Below, one piece after another: positions 56,517-64,000 of a stretch of DNA of 64,000 bases. This DNA is from Chloroflexota bacterium. GTDB taxonomy: Bacteria; Chloroflexota; UBA11872; VXNJ01. Position 1 is the stretch's first letter, and every line of letters starts with the position of its first letter. The notes beneath the pieces were generated by a model, which saw only the letters and a program-made list of their open reading frames with translations, was not told where the DNA came from and made no database searches. The stretch covers positions 2,329,549 through 2,393,548 of the forward strand of contig OZ253449.1 of the NCBI GenBank assembly GCA_965261345.1, given 5' to 3'. The translations under genes and the position numbers were made by a program.

Positions 56517-57031
56517 GATCCTTCTCCTCGATGCTGTTGGGGTGATGAATTGTTGCGCGGTTCCCAATGACCACACCGGCGGCCCATACAAAAGTGGAAT
56601 CGGCGGACCGTTACGGCAAAGTCCGAACTCTGTTGGAAACTGCCAGATCAATGACGTCGGGATTATTCGGTCCCACTGTCTCGGCAGTGAATTCGATCGA
56701 AACTCGCCGCGGATCAGCTTATCAATGATTTAGCGATTCGGAGTGCGGCGGGTGTGGGGCTCTCGGAATTCCCGTACATATACTCAAGCGCTGACGCTGT
56801 GGGCCCTGGAATTTGGTCCCAAACTTCGGCTAATACGCGCCCGAGCGGCATTGGTGGCGCATGACCAATTGCAGCCAGCGACCCCCTCCGCCGCAGCTAC
56901 TCCGAGCGCATCTCCATTGACATAATGGCTATGGCTCGAAGTTTTTCGAGTCGGCAACTATTGCGGCACTTAGGAACCGAGCACTGGTTGCAAGATTCTT
57001 GCGAATTCAATAACAACTGAAAGAAGTCACC

Positions 57032-58321
57032 ATGGACTCTGATTTCGCCAACGCGGACTCGTACATGTACAACGGGTTTCCCTTAAACACCCCCTTGGAC
57101 ATCCGTCTCGGGCTAACCCACGAGGACGGAATCGACCACAAACTTCGCTGGGGCATCATCTCCGCATCGGCGATTTCATCTGACTGGGTCAAATCACTGC
57201 AGGATGTGCCGGGTGCATCCGTGGTCGCAATCGCAGCCAGGGAAATGGATCGGGCGCGCGCATACGCTGACGCCCATGGCATTCCTACGTCCTACGACTC
57301 CTATGAAGCGCTATGTGATGACCCCAACGTCGACATCGTCTACATCGCTTCCAAAACCTGGCACCACCACCGCGACCTGATGATGGCGATTGCCGCCGGC
57401 AAGAACGTGTTGTGTGAAAAACCCTTCACCGATACCGCGGACCAAGCAAAGGAAGCGTATGCCGCCGCCGAAAAGGCCGGTGTGGTTTGCTGGGAAGGGA
57501 TGTGGACGCGTTATTTTCCGGCGATCGAACACGCCCGGGCCGTCCTTGAGCGGGGTGACATCGGGGCGTTGCAGGTCGTGCAAAATGAATACCCGGATCC
57601 GGTTTATGCGCTCAATCCCGTAGTTGCCGGGTTCGGTACTGGTGAATTCCCAGTTATCGCGGCTGCCGGGAGAAAACCCCAACTTCGCGATGACACTGTC
57701 GCCAAATCTGGCAAGAGCGGTTCCTTCGCCGGCTATTCACCCGGGCTGCCCGCCGCGGCGGTTCTGCAATACGCGGGGCAGCAAGGCATTGGTGTGATTA
57801 CCTTGCCGACCGGCAGATTCAAAGAGGAGACCCTATTCGTGGGCACGAACGGGCGCATCACCGTCGAAACGCCGGCGCATCACTCGACTGCGTTGACGAT
57901 TGCTACCGGCCGTCCGCCGCGCCGGGGTAATCGCGCGGCCGAAGGTAAGCCCGAGATGGAATACACCTCCAGCGGAGGACGGGTTGGTGATTGGCGGCCA
58001 ACGCACTGGAACCAGGATCTGAACCCCTCCAGCGGTGCATTTAACCATGTGCAGCGCTTCGAATACCCGGTTCCCACGCCCGCGCCGATCCATGAGGGTC
58101 AACCGCCGGGATCACGCTGGACTGGTGAAAGGTTGATTTCCTACAAGGGCTGGTCGTGGGGTCACGGAAACCAGCACGGGTACACATATCAGGCACGGGC
58201 CATACATCGCTGCATGGCCGCCGGACTCAAGGAAATGCCCCAGTTCACGATCGCCGAATCGATACACGTCTGTGAAATCATTGACGAAATCAAACGCCAG
58301 TGTGCTGAAAGAGGGTTCTAG
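57032..58321 (+). CDS. Gfo/Idh/MocA oxidoreductase (dihydrodiol dehydrogenase-like)
   Basis: LRWGII, DPNVDIVYIA, GKNVLCEKP and EGMWTRYFP. Confidence 0.88.
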   Translation: MDSDFANADSYMYNGFPLNTPLDIRLGLTHEDGIDHKLRWGIISASAISSDWVKSLQDVPGASVVAIAAREMDRARAYADAHGIPTSYDSYEALCDDPNVDIVYIASKTWHHHRDLMMAIAAGKNVLCEKPFTDTADQAKEAYAAAEKAGVVCWEGMWTRYFPAIEHARAVLERGDIGALQVVQNEYPDPVYALNPVVAGFGTGEFPVIAAAGRKPQLRDDTVAKSGKSGSFAGYSPGLPAAAVLQYAGQQGIGVITLPTGRFKEETLFVGTNGRITVETPAHHSTALTIATGRPPRRGNRAAEGKPEMEYTSSGGRVGDWRPTHWNQDLNPSSGAFNHVQRFEYPVPTPAPIHEGQPPGSRWTGERLISYKGWSWGHGNQHGYTYQARAIHRCMAAGLKEMPQFTIAESIHVCEIIDEIKRQCAERGF

Positions 58322-58759
58322 TAGGTCAACTTGGTCGCTGAGGTCTGATCCAGCATTCGCCGAGCAGTTGCCCGCGCTTTGTTATTGACTGAATCGTTTA
58401 CCGAACGGTTCGGGGCGCGTGGATGATCGCTTTGCGATTGCACACAGTGAGGCTGTTGAGGCGTGTGGCCAACCTTGGTTTCAATGACGAGCGTGGCTCA
58501 CTGTCGCAACCTCGACCGACCAATACGGTCGCGTGCTAGACATAATACTGAGTAAAAATGGCGAACAGAATAACCGTATGCCACCGGACGCCCGCAGCAA
58601 TTGACAACTACCCCGGCGGAGTGACGGTCAACAACACGCCATTGAGCTTCGGGCCCAGTAGAGCCACCGCATTTTCCAAGATCCGCAGCCGGTTCCTTTA
58701 TTCATTTGGTGATTGCCCTGACGCCTGGTTCAGGGAATGGCTGATGTCGACGCAGCGAC

Positions 58760-60230
58760 CTATTTCTGGGCGAATTGGGCCGCCGCCGCCCCAGCTATTC
58801 GCCCGAAGACCGCGCCCGCCATCATTCCTCCGCCCGACGGGTAATTCGAAGCCCAAAGGCCGCCGACCATCTCGCCAGCGGCGTATAGCCCGGGGATGGC
58901 CCTATCCATGGTGTGCAGCACCTTGCCGTGCTCTGCGATTTGGAGTCCACCGTAACAGAAGGTCATGCCGCAAGTTACCGCGAACCCTTCGAACGGTGGC
59001 GTATCCAAAGGCAGGGCCCAATTGCTGCGAGGCGGAGTGATGCCAACCGTGTCCTTGCCGTCAAGCCGGAAGGGATTAAATTCCCCGGGTTGTACCGCGC
59101 CGTTGTACGATTTGACCGTTTCCACGAATGCCGGAACGTCACGAATGCCTACCTGTCGCCCCAGTTCTTCCAGCGAGCTGGCTTTAAAGCCGGTGGCGTT
59201 TTTGTATCCCGGGATAAGTTCCAATCTCCGGTGCTTGGCATCGAATATCTGAAAGGCCTTCGCCTCGGGCTGGGCCAGTATGGCGCGGCCCGTCTTGGCG
59301 TATGTCAATCCTCGCCACGTTTCGCCCTCGTCGACAAAACGTCGACCATCCATATTGACCATTACTGAGTAGGGGTAAGCGTATCGGCTCCAGTAGTCAC
59401 CGGTAACGCCCGGGCCTGGCAGGTCGTAGATCGGACGGTTAAGGTCCTGCGGAGACGCATGGCACGTGGACCAAGAGCCAAATGGCAATGCCCCGATATC
59501 CATCGCCATGAGCAGGCCATCGCCAGTGTTGTAAGGGACACCCCGCAGCTTTACGGTGTCCCAGCCAGGACCCAGGTAACGGGCGCGCATCTCGGGATTG
59601 GACTCAAAACTGCCGCAGGCCAGCACTACCGCCTTGGCCTGGTAATTGTGAAATCCATTGGGAGTCAAGACCCGAACTCCGGTGACATAACCGCGGTCAT
59701 CCTGCACGAGCTCAGTGGCACGAGCGTCATAGTGGACCTTGATCCCCAATCGCTCGCCGGCGGCGAACCAGCGTTCGAGAAGGTTGTAACCCCCGCCGGC
59801 AAAGGCAACCACGTTGGCGGACAAGGGATTGCGATAGGCCGGTTGCCACTCATGCCCGTGCTTTCGCATCCATCGGACCGTTGGCAGGGACTGGCTCACG
59901 AGGGTCTCAATCAAACCCTTGTCGCTGAGCCCACCCGTAACCGTCATGATGTCGTCCCAGTACTCCTGACGGCTATAGCTGGAAATCCGGCCGGCCATCT
60001 CTCGGATCTCATCGCCCGGGACGTCCGGCATGAGAGGGATAAGGTCTTCCAACCCGGCATAGGGAAACCGCATGTGGATCGTCAGGGCGCTGTTGCCACC
60101 ACGGTGTGATCTCGGCGACTTTTCCAGCACCACCACGTCAGCGCCGCGCTCTCTTGCCGCTATTGCCGCGGCCATTGCGGCGTTACCTGCCCCGATCCAC
60201 GACCTGAGTTCGAAATTCACGGTCACCCAT
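58760..60230 (-). CDS. TcuA-like FAD oxidoreductase, copy 2, with a frameshift near the 5' end
   Basis: Clear paralogue of 1113-2621. ATG 60230 reads MGDREFRTQVV and is out of frame with IGAGNAAM (2 nt missing relative to copy 1). Confidence 0.82.
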
Positions 60231-60493
60231 TAATTGCTCCGAAAAGCAATTGCGACGCCTGCTGGACCGATCGGGTCACCGGAGCCCGATCACGTTGAAT
60301 TTCGGGATGGTCTGGCCAAAGTAACGATGACGGCAAAATGGATGAAAGCCATATCAAATTTTGGGGCAACCGGGCTGATCCATATTGCTGTCGGCCTCGA
60401 TTCCAACGGTAGCACCTCACCCAGATCTCAAAGTCCATGGGCCTGCAGGCTGACCCGGCTCGATTTCGCGCGACCAACTCAGGGATAGTACGA

Positions 60494-62176
60494 ATGTCCA
60501 AGTCCAACATCATCACCGGCAGTCACCTCATCTCCGGTGCGTTGAAGCAGGAGGGCGTGACCAACGTCTTCACGTTGGCGGGGGATCACATCCTGCCAGT
60601 CATTGATGTCATGGAGGACGGCAATTTCCGTTTCATCGACACGCGCCACGAGCAGGCTGCTGTTCATATGGCGGATGCCTGGGCACGGATGACGGGCCAA
60701 ATTGGGGTGAGCATGGTCACCACCCCCGGTCACGCCAACGCGCTCCCCGGGTTGGTCCACGCTATGGCGACCGAGGCTCCCGTGCTGCACATCAGCGGAT
60801 CGGACAAGCTGTCCAACTACGACCGCGGCATGATGCAGGAGATTGACCAGTTGGCCATGGCCAAGGCAACTACCAAGGCGGCGTGGCTTGTGCGGGACGC
60901 AGCCCGCATCCCGGAGTACATCTCCATGGCTGTCAAGACCGCCTTTTCCGGTCGCCGCGGACCAGTTCATCTAACCATCCCAATTGACGTCCAGGAAACG
61001 GTGGTGGATGAAAATGCCGTTCGATTTTCCAGCCCCAACGAGTCGCGTCCAACCGGGCCATCAGTGGCTAGCTCAGAGCAGATAAAAGCGGCGGTTAGCT
61101 TGCTGCACGGTGCGGACCGCCCGCTAGTAATCGCCGCCAATCCGGCAGGCTACGAGGAAGCCAGCAGTGATGTGTTCCGCCGGTTCCTGGAGTTGACTCG
61201 CCTTCCGCTGATGACGGAAGGCACTGCCCGAGGGATCGTTCCAGACGATCACCCCTATTGCTTTGGGATCTTCGACCTGGGACTAAATCGGGCTGCGCCC
61301 CTAATGCGGGAAGCGGACGTGGTGCTCTTTCTGGGCAAGAAGCTGGACTATTCCATCGGCTACGCCCAGCCTCCCGTTTTGGCGGCCGACGCCAACACCA
61401 TCCAGGTGGATCCTTCGACCGCCGAAATCGGCCGCAACCGCGGCGTGACCATCGGTATTGCCGGCGACATTGCCGGAGTTGTGGAACAGTTGTCTCGGGA
61501 AGCGTCCGCGCTCACCTGGAGAGACGGGCCTTGGCTTCAGCGCCTGCGGGCAGAACGTGCAAAGCAAGCCGATTGGGTGGCCGCCAAGGCGGTACCAGAG
61601 TCACCGGCGCATCCCCTTTTCGTGCATCAGACGCTGGCCAAGTTCTTAGCGCCTGACGATGTGGTCGTTTTCGACGGTGGAGACTACTGCCACTTTGGGA
61701 AGCTCTTTTTTCCGGCCCATCCCAGAAGTTGGTGGTCGTTGCCTGACCTGGGGATGTTGGGGTCGGCTGTACCGACGGCCATCACCGCCAAGCTGGCGCG
61801 ACCCAACGCCCGAGTTGCCCTGGTAACCGGCGACGGCAGCTTTGGCTTCAACGGCATGGAGTTCGATACGGCCGTTCGCCACGGCCTAGACATCGTGGCC
61901 GTCTTGGGGAACGACTCGGCATGGGGTATAGACCGGCAGATCCAGCTTGCCGCTTACGGCCGGGCCGTGGCCACCGACCTACTCCCGACGCGCTACGACC
62001 AAGTGGTACAAGGTCTAGGCGGTCACGGCGAATTCGTAAATAGTCCCGAAGAGCTTCACCCTGCCCTGGAGCGTTCGTTCGCCGCCCAAAAGCCGGCCCT
62101 CGTGAACGTGCTAACCCAACGCGTATCCAGCCCGCGAGGGGAACGAGCCATCGCCCGACGCAAAGCGGGTGGTTAA
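60494..62176 (+). CDS. TPP-binding enzyme, copy 2
   Basis: Colinear paralogue of 3022-4704 with the same length and motifs. Confidence 0.9.
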   Translation: MSKSNIITGSHLISGALKQEGVTNVFTLAGDHILPVIDVMEDGNFRFIDTRHEQAAVHMADAWARMTGQIGVSMVTTPGHANALPGLVHAMATEAPVLHISGSDKLSNYDRGMMQEIDQLAMAKATTKAAWLVRDAARIPEYISMAVKTAFSGRRGPVHLTIPIDVQETVVDENAVRFSSPNESRPTGPSVASSEQIKAAVSLLHGADRPLVIAANPAGYEEASSDVFRRFLELTRLPLMTEGTARGIVPDDHPYCFGIFDLGLNRAAPLMREADVVLFLGKKLDYSIGYAQPPVLAADANTIQVDPSTAEIGRNRGVTIGIAGDIAGVVEQLSREASALTWRDGPWLQRLRAERAKQADWVAAKAVPESPAHPLFVHQTLAKFLAPDDVVVFDGGDYCHFGKLFFPAHPRSWWSLPDLGMLGSAVPTAITAKLARPNARVALVTGDGSFGFNGMEFDTAVRHGLDIVAVLGNDSAWGIDRQIQLAAYGRAVATDLLPTRYDQVVQGLGGHGEFVNSPEELHPALERSFAAQKPALVNVLTQRVSSPRGERAIARRKAGG

Positions 62177-62276
62177 GTTTTGTTGGGAAAAGGACTGTTG
62201 GTGCAATCCAGTCGAATGAACCAATGTGAAAAGCCAATCCCGGTTCTGCCGGCAGTACAAGCGTGTTGATGCGGGA

Positions 62277-62765
62277 TCAGTGTGGCGACCGCCGTTTAAA
62301 AGAAGTGCCACCTTGGTCGCGGATGGCCAGGCTGTCGCATTGCCTTTCCGATTCAATCGCGACAGCGTTGGAACGGCTGGCAGGCGAAAGCCAGATCCGC
62401 ATGCCCGCCGGGGCCATCAGCTCCTGCGTAGACAACCGCGCTACCTTCTCCTTGTTGATGCGAGACCAAGCGCTCTTCGGTTTGCGGGGCGTGAAAAGCC
62501 GCATCGCGCGTTGGCCGTCCAGCTTGTTCGGGCGCGAGTCGATCCAATCGAAGCAGAGCGCTTCGTCCACCGCCTCCGGATACGGCACGAACCGCCTGCC
62601 GGTGGCCTTCTTCCACGAGACGAGCCACCCACCTTTGGAATCATGGTTCCGCTCCAGCCACGCCCGCCACTCCTCCCGCGTCTCCATGAGCACGAGAGGC
62701 CGCCCATCGCTGGGGTGCGTTCCGATCTGATCTGCCGTGTTGCTTGCTCCCTCCGCCAAGAGCAT
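62277..62765 (-). pseudogene. YdeI/OmdA-family protein, C-terminally truncated
   Basis: WRAWLERNH...EAVDEALCFDWIDS...FTPRKPKSAWSRINK...MAPAG; homology then ends. Confidence 0.7.
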
Positions 62766-63008
62766 ACCCCCGGAGGTGCATGATATTCCCGCATGGCAAT
62801 GTCTTCAGAGCTGCTCTGCACGCGTTGGAACGGGCGCCAAATTACCGTCAAATGGTCGGGCAACGATTGCGCCGAGACCGCATATCCGCTTCAATCAACA
62901 CGATCCCATATTTTGGAAATTCAACTGCACACGCCACAGGGGTTCCGGGCCAATGCGGGATCTATTCCTCTACCGGCAATTGCGCGAAGCGAACATAAAT
63001 GTCGACGG

Positions 63009-63392
63009 GCAGCAGGTTGCGGGCGTGCGCTGATTGGTGGCCGATCTGGACTTTCCGATCCGGATCGTGTCCGTTCCCACCGTGCGCCAACGGCAGGGAT
63101 GGTGCCGAGCATCCGCACCGTCCACTTTTCCCCGCCCAGCGGGCGGCGGCGCCTGACGCCTACCGCGCTGTTGGCAACCCGCAACCGGTTCGGGAACCAA
63201 CTTTTGTCGGCCGCCGGACTGGCGGGCTTCTGCCGCGGACTGCTTGAGGCCCAACCGGCGATCGCTGCCATCGATTACGTGGCCACCGTTGATCCCGACA
63301 CGATGGATCCGTGGGAAAGCGGGCCCTGCATGCTGGCGGTGGCGGTTCGAATCGGCAGTGTGCGCCTGATCGACAACCGGATCCTGAACTGA
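63009..63392 (+). pseudogene. panC: 3' fragment of pantoate-beta-alanine ligase, copy 2
   Basis: Homologous to 14467-14850, with an additional internal stop. Confidence 0.78.
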
Positions 63393-63523
63393 GCACCGGT
63401 CGGTCGCTGCTAACTTGACCGGGCCGACCTTAGGATTTGGCAATTGGACTAGGGCAGCGCCGACCCTGCAGATTGCGATCGCACCCGGGCGGCGGCTGTG
63501 TGCCGCGGAGAGTGTGAACGCCG

Positions 63524-64000
63524 ATGATTACAAGGTTTGGTACCCTCTACGCCGGGCACGTCGATTTGGACGATATCGGATTGGCCGGCGTTCCGGTCAA
63601 TGAACGCTGGCTGTCCGATGAACGCCTGGCCGGCGTTTTTGGCAAGACCGAGGCGATCGCCACGGTAATGGACGAGGTCGGCTACGACACTCTTTGGCTG
63701 GCCGAGCACCATTTCCAGCGCGAAGGCTACGAGTGCATCCCCAATCTGCTGCTGCTCGGCGTGCATCTGGCGCACCTGACCAAAAAGATCAAGATCGGCT
63801 GCGGCTTCAACGTCGCCCCGATGTGGAATCCGCTGCGTTTGGCCGAAGACTACGCCACCGCCGACATCCTCACCGGCGGGCGGGTCATCTTTGGAGTGGG
63901 GCGCGGCTATCACACCCGCGAGGTCGAATCCTTCGGCGCCCCAATGCTGGACCAGGATGTCAATCGCGACTTGTTCGAGGAACAGGTCGACATAGTCTTT
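63524..64000 (+). CDS. LLM monooxygenase, copy 2 (runs off the window end)
   Basis: Near-identical to 14982-15458. Confidence 0.9.
   Translation, partial: MITRFGTLYAGHVDLDDIGLAGVPVNERWLSDERLAGVFGKTEAIATVMDEVGYDTLWLAEHHFQREGYECIPNLLLLGVHLAHLTKKIKIGCGFNVAPMWNPLRLAEDYATADILTGGRVIFGVGRGYHTREVESFGAPMLDQDVNRDLFEEQVDIVF

Overview
Bacterial chromosomal DNA. The gene content (LLM monooxygenases, TPP enzymes, FAD oxidoreductases, lipoproteins with Pro/Thr-rich linkers) suggests a Chloroflexota/SAR202-like organism; this is inference. Catabolic genes and many pseudogene scraps flank a ~29 kb defence island (~26.4-55.3 kb). The island holds: an MT-A70 methyltransferase paired with a 768-aa PD-(D/E)XK-DGQHR-HEPN protein (best candidate for an uncharacterised system); a GIY-YIG remnant; a nest of IS110/IS3/IS1202-like elements; an NDT-fold candidate effector; a type I R-M locus with an extra half-S gene, an IS3-split hsdS and an inserted DUF6414-like gene; a Dsr1-like SIR2 gene split by in-frame TAA-TAG; intact higBA; an Mrr pseudogene; and a DUF4209/HEPN gene with an internal stop. 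The block FAD oxidoreductase/TPP enzyme ... panC remnant/LLM occurs twice, partly diverged and partly near-identical, so direct repeats bracket 48.5 kb that includes the island. No tRNA, rRNA, CRISPR array or integrase was seen. All family calls come from motif recognition by eye, without database searches.
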